Assembly (NCBI GenBank): GCA_002390675.1
Contig: DGPZ01000106.1
Span: 48,737-112,736 of the forward strand
Length of the DNA stretch: 64,000 nt
Source: Deltaproteobacteria bacterium UBA4427
GTDB taxonomy: Bacteria > Myxococcota_A > UBA9160 > UBA4427
Direction: 5' to 3'
The notes under the pieces were generated by a model that was not told the DNA's origin, did no database searches, and saw nothing but the letters and a program-made list of their open reading frames with translations. Shown in pieces: positions 45,920-55,065 of this stretch. A program made the position numbers and the translations under genes. Within the stretch, counting starts at the first letter, position 1. Each line of letters begins with the position of its first letter.

Positions 45920-46885
45920 ATGAGCAACACGACGAGAAAGGCGAGACGGATGCAGGATCTAAAGCTGTTCAGTGGCAACGCCAATATCGCGTTGGCGGGC
46001 TCCGTTGTTGGCTACCTCGATATTGACCTCGGTCGCGCCGAAGTCGGTACGTTTAGCGATGGCGAATGTGCGATCGAAATTTCTGAGAATGTCCGCGGTC
46101 TAGATTGCTTCGTTCTGCAATCCACCTGCGCGCCTCAGAATACTCACATGATGGAAATGCTGATCATGATCGATGCGCTCAAGCGCGCGTCGGCACGGCG
46201 CATCACGGCGGTGATCCCGTATTACGGCTACGCCCGTCAGGACCGCAAGGTTCGGCCACGCGTGCCGATTACGGCGAAGCTCTGCGCGGATCTGATACAG
46301 ACGGCTGGCGCGGATCGCCTGCTTTGTATGGATCTCCACTCCGGCCAGATCCAAGGTTTCTTCAATATCCCCGTCGACAACCTCTACTCGACGCCGCTCA
46401 TGCTCGGCGCAATCGAGCGTCGCATCGGCTCCGACGTCACGGTCGTTTCGCCGGATGCCGGTGGTACTGAGCGGGCCCGTGCCTATGCGAAGAAGCTCGG
46501 GGCAAATCTGGCGATCATCGATAAGCGACGCGAAGTCGCGAATGTCGCCGAAGTGATGAACATCATCGGCGATGTGAAAGGTCAGACATGCATCATCGTC
46601 GACGACATGGTCGATACGGCCGGGACGCTCTGTGAAGCGGCACGCAGCCTAATGGAAGAAGGGGCCGTCGCGGTACATGCCGCGATTACGCATCCCGTCC
46701 TTTCGGGCCCCGCCCTCAAGCGTATTTCCGAGTCGCCCCTTAACGAGGTCATTGTGACCGACACGATTCCCCTCCGCCCCGATGCGGTGGATATGGGCAA
46801 GCTTCACGTCGTTTCCGTCGCCGCTCCGATAGGCGAGGCGATTCGACGCATCAATAACGAGGAGAGCGTCAGCTCGCTCTTCTAG
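45920..46885 (+). CDS. prs: ribose-phosphate pyrophosphokinase
   Basis: [17 protein letters not shown]..., [24 protein letters not shown], and the PRPP loop [12 protein letters not shown]. An alternative ATG lies at 45950. Confidence 0.95.
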   Translation: MSNTTRKARRMQDLKLFSGNANIALAGSVVGYLDIDLGRAEVGTFSDGECAIEISENVRGLDCFVLQSTCAPQNTHMMEMLIMIDALKRASARRITAVIPYYGYARQDRKVRPRVPITAKLCADLIQTAGADRLLCMDLHSGQIQGFFNIPVDNLYSTPLMLGAIERRIGSDVTVVSPDAGGTERARAYAKKLGANLAIIDKRREVANVAEVMNIIGDVKGQTCIIVDDMVDTAGTLCEAARSLMEEGAVAVHAAITHPVLSGPALKRISESPLNEVIVTDTIPLRPDAVDMGKLHVVSVAAPIGEAIRRINNEESVSSLF

Positions 46886-47018
46886 AACAACAAACATTCC
46901 TGACTAGGGAGTGGTGCCGACGGAGGCGCCAGCCCGATTGGGACGATCGTTTAGTCGCCTTTGCGAGTCTTGCTGACACTCTTGTGTGTGAGCGCGCGCG
47001 GGCGATGAGGAGAATAAA

Positions 47019-47678
47019 ATGGGTGATGTTAGTTTTTCAGTTGAATTGCGTGATTCCCGTGGCAAGGGTGCTGCTCGAGAGCTCCGGCGACGGGGCATGG
47101 TTCCCGGAATTGTCTACGGCGGTGGCAAGGAAGCGACGGCGATCTCGCTCGATGCATTGAAGTTCGACCAAATGATCAAGGCGAGTCATGCCGGTCTGAA
47201 TACGCTGATCGACCTCGAGGGTGCTGCGGGCGCCGCGGGCAAGACAGTGATCGCGAAGGAGCTGCAGCGTGAAGCAGTGCGCGGGGGCCTGACCCACGTC
47301 GATCTCTACGAAGTCGATCTTACGGCGAAGATGGAAGTCATGGTCCCGATTCATCTTACGGGTACCCCCGCCGGCGTTGTTTTGGGCGGCGTGCTCGATC
47401 AGCAGCAGCGCGAATTGATGCTGCTCTGTCTGCCGAACGCGATCCCGGACGAAATCGCCGTGGATGTCTCAGGCCTAGAGCTCGGCGACTCGCTGCACGT
47501 CTCTGACCTCCCGGTGCCTGCTGGTTCAGAGGTTCATACCGATGCTTCTTTGACCATCGCGACGGTGCTTGTGCCCCGCGGTCTTACGGATGCCGAAGAG
47601 AGTGGCGAAGCTGCTGCCGACGAAGGCGAGGCCGTTGCAGTCGAAGGCGAGGCAGCCGCGGAAGATTCCGACAGCTGA
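47019..47678 (+). CDS. rplY: 50S ribosomal protein L25 / general stress protein Ctc
   Basis: RDSRGKGAARELRRRGMVPGIVYGGGKEA...HVDLYEVDL, plus a Ctc-type C-terminal domain and an acidic tail. GAGGAG lies upstream of the ATG. Confidence 0.9.
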   Translation: MGDVSFSVELRDSRGKGAARELRRRGMVPGIVYGGGKEATAISLDALKFDQMIKASHAGLNTLIDLEGAAGAAGKTVIAKELQREAVRGGLTHVDLYEVDLTAKMEVMVPIHLTGTPAGVVLGGVLDQQQRELMLLCLPNAIPDEIAVDVSGLELGDSLHVSDLPVPAGSEVHTDASLTIATVLVPRGLTDAEESGEAAADEGEAVAVEGEAAAEDSDS

Positions 47679-47774
47679 GATTCTGTTCAGCGTGTACTCA
47701 GCCGGCACTCAGTCGGCAAAGGGGGCGGACCAGCAGGACTGGTCCGCGCCCGGGCCGGCGGATACGGCTGCCAG

Positions 47775-48491
47775 GTGGGCTATTTGAGCCAATTATGTTC
47801 GTGGTTGTCGCGCTGGTTTCGGGGACTCAAGAATCCTCGGAATGCCGCCGCGGACTTGGCGAGCAACGGAGCGTCTCCTGCTGCGCCTTTCTCGGCGCCT
47901 CTTCCCACCCCTGAAATATTGATCGTCGGGCTTGGAAATCCGGGCCAGCAATACGCGGCCACCCGTCACAATGTTGGTTTCTGGATTGTTGATCGCCTCG
48001 CGGAGCGTGCCGGGGCGATTTGGCGCGAAGAGCCGACCTTCGAGGCGCTCGTTGCCTGCGTCGAACTCCACGGTCGAACGTGCCTATTGGCGAAGCCTTT
48101 GACGTTCATGAACCGCTCTGGGGTAACTGCGCTCGCGGCCTGCGAGCGATGGTCCAGCCTAGATCCGACGACGGATTTGCTCGTCCTGTACGACGACATG
48201 GATCTGCCCACCGGGCGAATCCGATTGCGCCCAAAGGGCGGAAACGGGGGGCACAACGGGATCGGCGACATCATTGAGGCCCTCGCTACGAAGGCTATTT
48301 CCCGCCTTCGGTTCGGGGTCGGGCATCCCGGGGCGGATGGGCCCCCTGTGATCGATTGGGTGCTCTCACCGTTTGCGGAGGAAGAAGCCGAAGTGCTTCG
48401 TGCCGCAGTCGATCGAGCAGCGGACGCAGTCGGTGGGGTCGTCGAAGGCGGAATCGTATCTGCGATGGGACAATTTAACGCTCAAAATTAA
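47775..48491 (+). CDS. pth: peptidyl-tRNA hydrolase
   Basis: ILIVGLGNPGQQYAATRHNVGFWIVD...FMNRSG...DDMDLPTGRIRLRPKGGNGGHNG. The GTG 47775 start implies an N-terminal extension of about 55 aa, so the true start is uncertain. Confidence 0.9.
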   Translation: MGYLSQLCSWLSRWFRGLKNPRNAAADLASNGASPAAPFSAPLPTPEILIVGLGNPGQQYAATRHNVGFWIVDRLAERAGAIWREEPTFEALVACVELHGRTCLLAKPLTFMNRSGVTALAACERWSSLDPTTDLLVLYDDMDLPTGRIRLRPKGGNGGHNGIGDIIEALATKAISRLRFGVGHPGADGPPVIDWVLSPFAEEEAEVLRAAVDRAADAVGGVVEGGIVSAMGQFNAQN

Positions 48492-48552
48492 TTGTCAGGT
48501 TAATGTTTTCTTTATATAACCGGACAATTTAGCTTGTCGGCCATTTGTCCGG
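48491..48552. promoter_or_regulatory. AT-rich leader with a candidate sigma-70 promoter and TTGTCNGG repeats upstream of the MocR-type regulator
   Basis: TTGTCAGG (48492-99), CCGGACAA (48520-27, inverted copy), TTGTCGG (48534-40) and TTGTCCGG (48545-52). TTGTCA-N16/17-TATATA (48513-18) resembles -35/-10 elements. The ATG of the regulator is at 48569. Confidence 0.3.
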
Positions 48553-48568
48553 CTGATACTTTCGTTCT

Positions 48569-50137
48569 ATGGCCACTTCGCCCGCAGAAAAAGATGCCGC
48601 CCGGTCCGTCGGTCTATCGATCGATGCCGCGTTGGATCGGCCTGCCTACCAGCAGATCGCCAAGCAGATCCAGCACGCAATTGAGGCGGGCTCACGACGC
48701 CCAGGGGAGCGCTTGCCGGCGATCCGAACCCTGGCGAAGGTTTTGGGCGTTCATCGCGACACAGTGGCTCTGGCGTATGAAACACTTTCCGAAGCCGGTT
48801 TGGTTGAGGCTCGAGTGGGTGCCGGGACCTTTGTGAGATCGACCGTCGCGGGTTGGGCTGACGTGTCAGGTCGCGCCGACGAGCTCACAGGCGAAATGCG
48901 CACGAACGGTTCGGCTGAGCAGGAACTGGCTTTGGCGCCGCAGGTCGAGCGACTCATTGCGCTGGATAATATGCGCCCACGTTATTCGCCGCGTGAGGAT
49001 ACGGTCGCGCTGCATAGGCTGATCCCAGATCCTCGCTTTTACCCGATCGATGCATTCCGCAAATGTGTCGACGCGGCTCTTCGGGAAGAGGGTGCGTCGC
49101 TTTTCTCGTACGCGTCTCCAGAGGGTGATCTCGATCTTCGCCGCGCTATGTCCGACCGCTTTAGGCTTTTCGGAATTCATTATGCGCCGGAAGAGCACGT
49201 GTTATGCCACGGTGCGAGTCAGGGGATCTCGCTTGCGCTGCGCTTATTTACGCAGGCGGGGGATCAAGTTGCGGTCGAAGTCCCGACCTACGCGAACGTA
49301 TTGTCGGCCTTTACGGGCTTGGGTCTGACGCCGGCTCCAATTCCAATGGACGACGAGGGCGCGGATCCCGATGCTCTAGATCGCATCTTGGCGAAGCCTG
49401 AGGTGAAGGCGTTCTACACGATCCCAAGCTTTCACAACCCGCTCGGAACCTCGACCTCGCTTGCGCGGCGCAAAGAAATTTTGCGGGTTGCGGAGCGGCA
49501 CGGCGTCCCGATTATCGAAGATGGCTTCGAACTCGACCTTCGCTTCCAGGGGCCAGAGCTCCCTCCGCTAGCGGCACTGGACGAATCAGGAATCGTTGTG
49601 CTGCTTTTCTCCTTCTCGAAGTCGCTCTTTCCGGGCGTGCGGGTTGGGTCGCTTTCAGCGCGGGGTAGGGCGCTCGAAGGACTTGTTTCTTTGAAGCACG
49701 CGACGGATCTGTCCGACGCTTTGCTGTTGCAGTCCGCGCTAGCGCGTTTCGTGAAATCAGGGGAGTACGATCGCCATCTCGTGAAAATTAGAAAAGTGCT
49801 GCGCTCGCGGCATCGCGCCATGGACGAGGCCCTCGCCGCTTCGATGCCGGCGGGCACGACATGGACGGAACCAGATGGCGGCTATCAGCTCTGGCTCGAG
49901 CTGCCCGATGCAGTGGATACGCGCGATCTACTCGCTGAAGCTGCGCGCGCTGGGGTGCTCTATTCGCCAGGGGCGATGTTTATGCCCGATGCTCGGCCCT
50001 CGAGCGCGATGCGGCTAACGGTCGCATGTGCGGACGAAAAAGAAATTGCACGTGGCGTAGCAGCGTTAGGCGAAGTGGTTGAGTCCGCCCGCGGCCCACG
50101 TACGCATTCGGGATGGACGCCTGGAGATCACCTTTAG
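48569..50137 (+). CDS. MocR/GabR-type regulator (GntR winged HTH fused to a fold-type I aminotransferase domain); PdxR-like by context
   Basis: The N-terminus YQQIAKQIQHAIEAGSRRPGERLPAIRTLAKVLGVHRDTVALAYETLSEAGLV is a GntR HTH. The C-terminal ~400 aa form an aminotransferase fold with the PLP-Lys motif SFSKSLFPGVRVG. pdxS-pdxT lie immediately downstream. Confidence 0.85.
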   Translation: MATSPAEKDAARSVGLSIDAALDRPAYQQIAKQIQHAIEAGSRRPGERLPAIRTLAKVLGVHRDTVALAYETLSEAGLVEARVGAGTFVRSTVAGWADVSGRADELTGEMRTNGSAEQELALAPQVERLIALDNMRPRYSPREDTVALHRLIPDPRFYPIDAFRKCVDAALREEGASLFSYASPEGDLDLRRAMSDRFRLFGIHYAPEEHVLCHGASQGISLALRLFTQAGDQVAVEVPTYANVLSAFTGLGLTPAPIPMDDEGADPDALDRILAKPEVKAFYTIPSFHNPLGTSTSLARRKEILRVAERHGVPIIEDGFELDLRFQGPELPPLAALDESGIVVLLFSFSKSLFPGVRVGSLSARGRALEGLVSLKHATDLSDALLLQSALARFVKSGEYDRHLVKIRKVLRSRHRAMDEALAASMPAGTTWTEPDGGYQLWLELPDAVDTRDLLAEAARAGVLYSPGAMFMPDARPSSAMRLTVACADEKEIARGVAALGEVVESARGPRTHSGWTPGDHL

Positions 50138-50254
50138 GAAGCGTTCAGTAATTGAAGTAGCGGCTGTTCGCTGTTGAACGGCCGACTTCGGGGTCGCGAG
50201 ATTCCGAAAAAACTAAACACCAGGGTTTGCGCCCAACGTCGAGGAGGTAAATCG

Positions 50255-51175
50255 ATGTCGCAGGAAAACGGGAACGGAAATGGCGCGCTGCGCCGCGGGG
50301 CGGAGGCCTTCCAGTTGAAGGTCGGCCTCGCAGAGATGATGAAGAACGGCGTGATCATGGACGTCGTAGACCCGGATCAGGCCAAGGTCGCAGAGGACGC
50401 CGGCGCGTGTGCCGTGATGGCTCTCGAACGTGTGCCTTCGGATATCCGCCGAGACGGTGGCGTGGCACGTATGAGCAACATTGAAATGATCGAAGGAATT
50501 CAGCGGACGGTTTCGATCCCCGTGATGGCCAAAGTCCGAATCGGTCATATCCAGGAAGCCCGCGTATTGGAGGCGATGGGCGTTGACTTCATCGACGAGA
50601 GCGAAGTGCTTACGCCGGCGGACGATGAACATCACGTTCTGAAGCACGACTACCGTGTTCCTTTCGTTTGCGGTGCTCGCAATCTGGGAGAAGCCCTTCG
50701 CCGCGTCGGAGAAGGCGCCGCCATGATTCGCACTAAGGGCGAAGCGGGCAGCGGCAACATCGTCGAGGCCGTGCGTCACCTGCGCACCGTGATCGGCGAA
50801 ATGCGTGCGATCCAGGCGCTTCCCGAAGAAGAGCTGATGTCGACGGCCCGGGATATGGGCGCGCCGTACGACCTGGTTCGTTACGTCCACGATCACGGCA
50901 AGCTGCCGGTTCCGAACTTTGCTGCGGGCGGCATCGCAACACCGGCTGACGCTGCTTTGTGTCGGAGCCTTGGTGCTGAAGCGGTCTTCGTTGGGTCGGG
51001 CATCTTCAAGAGTGCCGATCCGGCCAAGCGCGCTCGTGCCGTAGTGCACGCGTGCACGCACTGGGACGATCCGGAAGAAGTGTTGAACGCAAGTCGAGGA
51101 CTGGGTGACGCGATGGAGGGCATCGAGATGGAAACCCTCGACGAGAGCGAGCGGCTGGCAAATCGCGGCTGGTAG
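50255..51175 (+). CDS. pdxS: pyridoxal 5'-phosphate synthase lyase subunit PdxS
   Basis: [50 protein letters not shown]...[10 protein letters not shown]...[21 protein letters not shown] 50255 has GAGGAGG 8 nt upstream. Confidence 0.95.
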   Translation: MSQENGNGNGALRRGAEAFQLKVGLAEMMKNGVIMDVVDPDQAKVAEDAGACAVMALERVPSDIRRDGGVARMSNIEMIEGIQRTVSIPVMAKVRIGHIQEARVLEAMGVDFIDESEVLTPADDEHHVLKHDYRVPFVCGARNLGEALRRVGEGAAMIRTKGEAGSGNIVEAVRHLRTVIGEMRAIQALPEEELMSTARDMGAPYDLVRYVHDHGKLPVPNFAAGGIATPADAALCRSLGAEAVFVGSGIFKSADPAKRARAVVHACTHWDDPEEVLNASRGLGDAMEGIEMETLDESERLANRGW

Positions 51176-51288
51176 TTCAGCTGTGCTGAGGCCCTCGATC
51201 GGCCCAACGCATGTGCGGGCGGAGGCGGTTAACCGTTTCCGCTCGCCCCGTTTCGGTCTAGAGCAAACGAAAGAAAGGATTTGGTTCA

Positions 51289-51876
51289 GTGGCAGCTTCA
51301 CGACCCCTCGTCGGCGTACTTGGGATTCAAGGCGATATCGAGAAGCATCTCGCAGTCCTCGACCAGATCGGTGCGGATGGACGCCGTGTGCTTGCGCCGA
51401 AGCATCTAGAAGGCCTCGCTGCGCTCATCTTGCCCGGTGGCGAGAGTACGACCATTTCAAAGGGACTTGTTAGGCACGAACTCGTCGAGCCAATCGTGGC
51501 TTTTGCGGAGGCCGGAGGGGCGATTCTCGGGACCTGTGCCGGTGCGATTCTGATCTCTCGTGAGGCGAAAAATCATCCTGTTCCGACTCTTGGCCTCGTG
51601 GATGTGACCGCCGAGCGAAACGCTTATGGCACACAGCTCGACTCCTTTGTGGCAGAGGCGGATATCGATAGCGATCCAGGCTTCATCGGGATGGAGTGCG
51701 TTTTTATCCGAGCGCCCCGATTATCCAAGCTTGGAGGCGAGATAGATGTCCTTATGCGCGTGGAGGGCGAGCCTGTTCTCGTTCGGGAGGGGAAGCGCTT
51801 GGCCTGTACTTTTCATCCAGAGCTAACGCAGGACACGCGGGTGCATCAGGCACTCCTCGAGACTCTCGAGGGTTGA
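51289..51876 (+). CDS. pdxT: pyridoxal 5'-phosphate synthase glutaminase subunit PdxT
   Basis: VGVLGIQGDIEKH...LILPGGESTT...GTCAGAILIS (catalytic Cys)...FHPELT. GTG start. Confidence 0.93.
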   Translation: MAASRPLVGVLGIQGDIEKHLAVLDQIGADGRRVLAPKHLEGLAALILPGGESTTISKGLVRHELVEPIVAFAEAGGAILGTCAGAILISREAKNHPVPTLGLVDVTAERNAYGTQLDSFVAEADIDSDPGFIGMECVFIRAPRLSKLGGEIDVLMRVEGEPVLVREGKRLACTFHPELTQDTRVHQALLETLEG

Positions 51877-51982
51877 AGGCGCGGTGAGGGCGTCTTTTTG
51901 CCTAAGCGCAGTCGTTTCGCCGCATCGGGAAACTGAGATTCAGCTCTAATCGATCCTCTCTGCTGCTCTCCCGGCCCTAGTC

Positions 51983-52855
51983 CTACCTTTCCGAAGAGGA
52001 CGAAGGCGGTGTTGGCAGAACCGCGGCTGTCTCAGCCGCTTGCCTCGAGGCTTCTTCACGTCCGGCAACACGCTTCGAGACGCGTTCCCAGAGGCGCTCG
52101 ATGCCGTCGCCTAACTCGAAGTCTATGAGCGGCTCGAGAGTCTCCTTGTAGTCTTCGAATGACTCGATGATTCGCTCTTCACGCTTACCGCGTTCGATCT
52201 CGATGTAGTTGAATTCCCGGAGCGCGCGGATTCGACCTCGGTCCCGCCGGAAGGTCATGGACAGCGCCACGAAGAGTGCGGATTCGTCAGCCTGCAGGGC
52301 TTTGCACTGCGGGCCGTACCAGTCGAGTTCACGCGGGATTTCGTTGAAGTCGAAGCTCGGCGCGAGGCCATTCGGGTGGTTATCGAATCTCCACCAGCCG
52401 CCCTCTATCCGCTCCAGGCCGAACTCGAAACCGTCTTCGTCCCAGCGCCGCTCTTCGAGAGGGAAGGGGTAGAGGGGGCCATCGCCGAGGCCGACGTCGG
52501 CGACGACCCGGCGCCCATCCAAATGGACGATCAGCACCATGTGGTTCCCAATCGCGGAGTCGCCGACGATGGCTCGCGCGGCGGCGCCCCCAACCCGGTC
52601 GACCTGGAATCCGAGCCGCCGAAGGGCCATCGAAAGCAGTCCGTTCATCTCGTAACACCATCCACCACGAGTCTGGCCGACGATCCGCTCCTCGAACCGG
52701 GCCTCGTCGAGGGTTTTGGGCTCGTAGAGCTGGATATCCAGGTTCTCGTAGGGGATCGCCATAAGATGGGCGGCGTGAATGTCAGAAAGGGTCTGCTCGT
52801 TTTGGCGAGGCGACCCTTCGTATCCGATACGGCTGAAATAGGCGTCTAGGTCCAT
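51983..52855 (-). CDS. arylamine N-acetyltransferase (NAT family)
   Basis: MDLDAYFSRIGYEGSP...LSDIHAAHLMAIPYENLDI...RGGWCYEMNGLL (catalytic Cys)...NHMVLIV (His). Confidence 0.85.
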   Translation of the reverse strand: MDLDAYFSRIGYEGSPRQNEQTLSDIHAAHLMAIPYENLDIQLYEPKTLDEARFEERIVGQTRGGWCYEMNGLLSMALRRLGFQVDRVGGAAARAIVGDSAIGNHMVLIVHLDGRRVVADVGLGDGPLYPFPLEERRWDEDGFEFGLERIEGGWWRFDNHPNGLAPSFDFNEIPRELDWYGPQCKALQADESALFVALSMTFRRDRGRIRALREFNYIEIERGKREERIIESFEDYKETLEPLIDFELGDGIERLWERVSKRVAGREEASRQAAETAAVLPTPPSSSSER

Positions 52856-53143
52856 CTGAGGAAGGTGACAGCGGCGATATCGAGGGGCCAGTGGTAGTGA
52901 AAAGATTAATGATGACGGAAACTTGGCTCCGTTTTTAGAGGCCCTGTTGGACGTAGCTCAACTGTGGTACCCATTGGCCCCTCGAAAACGGGACCAGGAC
53001 CCTGATGCGGCTTCGTCGCGTCCTCTGGTCCCACCCCATAAACCCATCACCTCGGTGCTCTTGATCGGGCCGCGGATACCCGCTGCGGCTCTTCCGTTTT
53101 TGTAAGTCATTGCGACTGCCGGACGGGACCGACTAGAAGCACC

Positions 53144-53163
53144 CAATGGCCACGTGGCCGTTG
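53144..53163 (+). promoter_or_regulatory. stable hairpin in the rpsF leader, abutting the Shine-Dalgarno sequence
   Basis: CAATGGCC-acgt-GGCCGTTG: 8-bp stem including one G-U pair. It is followed 4 nt later by GGGAGGAAAG and the TTG start at 53180. Confidence 0.25.
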
Positions 53164-53179
53164 ACCGGGAGGAAAGCAT

Positions 53180-53752
53180 TTGCGGGAATACGAAACGACG
53201 TTCATCGTCCAGCCCGAAATTTCGGACGAGGGCAGCCAGGCGATCCTGGCCAAGCTGGATGGCATCCTGGAAACCGGCGGTGCCACTCGCCTTATGTGTG
53301 AAGACCATGGGAAGCGAAAGCTTGCCTATGAAGTTCGCAAGTTTCACAAGGGCCACTACTACACCCTTCAGTTCCTTGATGGAGGCCAGGTCGTGCCCGA
53401 AGTCGAGCGCGTTCTGCGACTCGAGGAATCGGTGCTGCGCTTCCTGACGATCCTTGAGAACGAAGAAGTTGAGGACGTGGAGGCCCGCAAGGCATCCGCC
53501 GCTGAAGCCGAAGACGAGCAGACTAAGCGAGCCACGGAACGTGCACAGCGCGAGGCTGAAGAAGCCGCGTCGCGTCGCGAGGCTGAAGAAGCCGAGCGTC
53601 TGGCTGCAGCCACTGCAGCGGCTGAAGCCGCCGAAGCTGCTGCTGCTGCCGAAGCTGCACCAGCCGAAGCCGAAGTTGCCGAGGGCGAAGCCCCGGCCGC
53701 TGAAGCCGCCCCGGAAGCCCCCGTTGCTGAGAAAGAGGAGACGCCGTCGTGA
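53180..53752 (+). CDS. rpsF: 30S ribosomal protein S6 with a long Ala/Glu-rich C-terminal extension
   Basis: [31 protein letters not shown]...[19 protein letters not shown] is the S6 core. About 90 further residues are A/E-rich. TTG start with GGGAGGAAAG upstream. Confidence 0.9.
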   Translation: MREYETTFIVQPEISDEGSQAILAKLDGILETGGATRLMCEDHGKRKLAYEVRKFHKGHYYTLQFLDGGQVVPEVERVLRLEESVLRFLTILENEEVEDVEARKASAAEAEDEQTKRATERAQREAEEAASRREAEEAERLAAATAAAEAAEAAAAAEAAPAEAEVAEGEAPAAEAAPEAPVAEKEETPS

Positions 53753-54249
53753 GCGAAGAAACGCCCAAGCCTCCGAGCGGCCCCGCCGCCGGTTCAGCAT
53801 CTCCGCCGAGCGGCCCCGCCGCTGGCAGCCCTCCTAGTGGTCCGCGTTCTGGCAGCCCGCCGTCGCGTCCCTCTGGCGGTTCGTCCGGTGGTGGCGACCG
53901 CCCGCCGCGTCCGCCTCGAGAAGATCGTGGCGACCGAGGCGATCGACCGCCGCGCGCTCCGCTCACGGTGAAGGGTCGACTTCGTGCTGCTGCTCGAAAG
54001 AAGGCTCGAAAGTCTCAGAAGAAGAAGGGCATGTTCCAGCGCCGCAAGGTGTGCCGCTTCTGTGCTGACAAGAACCTCTCGATCTCATACAAGGACGTGA
54101 AGACGCTGCGCCTCTTCATCACGGAAACCGGAAAGATGACGCCGCGACGCATCTCCGGGACCTGTGCAAAGCACCAGCGTCCGCTCGCCCTCGAGATCAA
54201 GCGCGCGCGACAGTTGGCCATGCTGCCCACTGCGCCCAAGCACTTCTAA
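53749..54249 (+). CDS. rpsR: 30S ribosomal protein S18 with a 94-codon Pro/Ser/Gly/Arg-rich N-terminal extension (or a short form starting at 54031)
   Basis: The S18 core is [66 protein letters not shown] 53749 overlaps the rpsF stop (GTGA). The in-frame ATG 54031 ([11 protein letters not shown]) would give a canonical S18 of about 72 aa. Confidence 0.9.
   Translation: MSEETPKPPSGPAAGSASPPSGPAAGSPPSGPRSGSPPSRPSGGSSGGGDRPPRPPREDRGDRGDRPPRAPLTVKGRLRAAARKKARKSQKKKGMFQRRKVCRFCADKNLSISYKDVKTLRLFITETGKMTPRRISGTCAKHQRPLALEIKRARQLAMLPTAPKHF
53767..53885 (+). repeat. imperfect tandem repeat (about 27-33 nt units) encoding PSGPAAGS-type peptide repeats
   Basis: The 17-mer CCGAGCGGCCCCGCCGC occurs at 53773-53789 and 53806-53822 (33-nt period). 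Degenerate further units encode PPSGPRSGS and PPSRPSGGS. Confidence 0.55.
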
Positions 54250-54262
54250 GGAGCGTCAAAAC

Positions 54263-54835
54263 ATGGGACAGGTACAAGTCATCCTGAGTGAAGACGTCCA
54301 CGCCCTCGGCGATGCCGGAGAGATTGTCTCCGTCAAGCCCGGCTTCGCGCGCAACTACCTCATTCCGCAAGGCAAGGCGATGATCGCCACGGCCGAGCGG
54401 GTCAATGAGGTGGAGCACAAGAAGCGGGTCATTTCCGAGAAAATGGCGAAGGACTGGACCGACCTCACGGCGGTCAAAGCCAAGCTCGACGGGATTGCTC
54501 TCGAAGTCACGGCCCAGGCCGGCGACAGCGGCAAGCTCTTCGGATCGGTCACCGCGGCGAATCTCGTGGAACTACTCAGCGAGAAGGGTCTCCAAATCGA
54601 TCGACGCAAGCTCCAGCTCTCTGAGCCGATCAAGACGACGGGCGAGCATACGGTTGCAATCCGGCTGCGAAGCGACGTCATCGCCGAGTTCAAGGTGAAG
54701 GTGATTGGCGGCGCGGCGACTGCGACTGCTGCTGCTGCTGTTGTTGAACGAGTCGATGACGGCAAGGTCGGCCTAGGTGCGGCGGCAGATAAGCCGGACC
54801 CGGAGCCGCTCGATATTCGCGACGATGAGTATTAA
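54263..54835 (+). CDS. rplI: 50S ribosomal protein L9 (with a C-terminal low-complexity tail)
   Basis: MGQVQVILSEDVHALGDAGEIVSVKPGFARNYLIPQGKA. ATG 54263 has AAGGAG 10 nt upstream, so I prefer it to the track start 54164. Confidence 0.93.
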   Translation: MGQVQVILSEDVHALGDAGEIVSVKPGFARNYLIPQGKAMIATAERVNEVEHKKRVISEKMAKDWTDLTAVKAKLDGIALEVTAQAGDSGKLFGSVTAANLVELLSEKGLQIDRRKLQLSEPIKTTGEHTVAIRLRSDVIAEFKVKVIGGAATATAAAAVVERVDDGKVGLGAAADKPDPEPLDIRDDEY

Positions 54836-54890
54836 AGCCATTCTGAGGTCCAAGGTCTAAGTTTACAGGCCGCACCTCCTCTGGATTGAA

Positions 54891-54924
54891 CGCCCGCCTC
54901 GAGAAAGTCGAGGGGGGCGTTTTC
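54891..54924 (+). terminator. rho-independent terminator after rplI
   Basis: CGCCCGCCTCGA-gaaag-TCGAGGGGGGCG: 12-bp stem with one mismatch, followed by TTTTCCGTTT. It separates the rpsF-rpsR-rplI unit from dnaB. Confidence 0.7.
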
Positions 54925-55065
54925 CGTTTGGGGCCGTGCTTCGGGCTCCACAAAGCTCGGCAGGTGGTATGCTCGGGAACCGCGCCCGCCCGGGCGTTGT
55001 CCTCCATCTAGATGCCCCATTTGCCCCATTCGGGGCCCGATTTTGACCCTTAGGAGGGGTGTGGC

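Noticed and set aside
50213-51301. 362-aa minus-strand ORF
   Set aside because: It is antisense to pdxS. No motifs are present, so it is a shadow ORF.
52949-53030. tRNA-like start GGACGTAGCTCAACTGTGGTA upstream of rpsF
   Set aside because: It has no GAGC D-stem partner, no T-loop (GTTCRANYC) and no complementary acceptor strand. The resemblance is probably fortuitous.
52958-53800. 280-aa minus-strand ORF
   Set aside because: It is antisense to rpsF/rpsR. The Gly/Ser/Phe/Arg-rich sequence is generated by the complement of the Ala/Glu-rich S6 tail.
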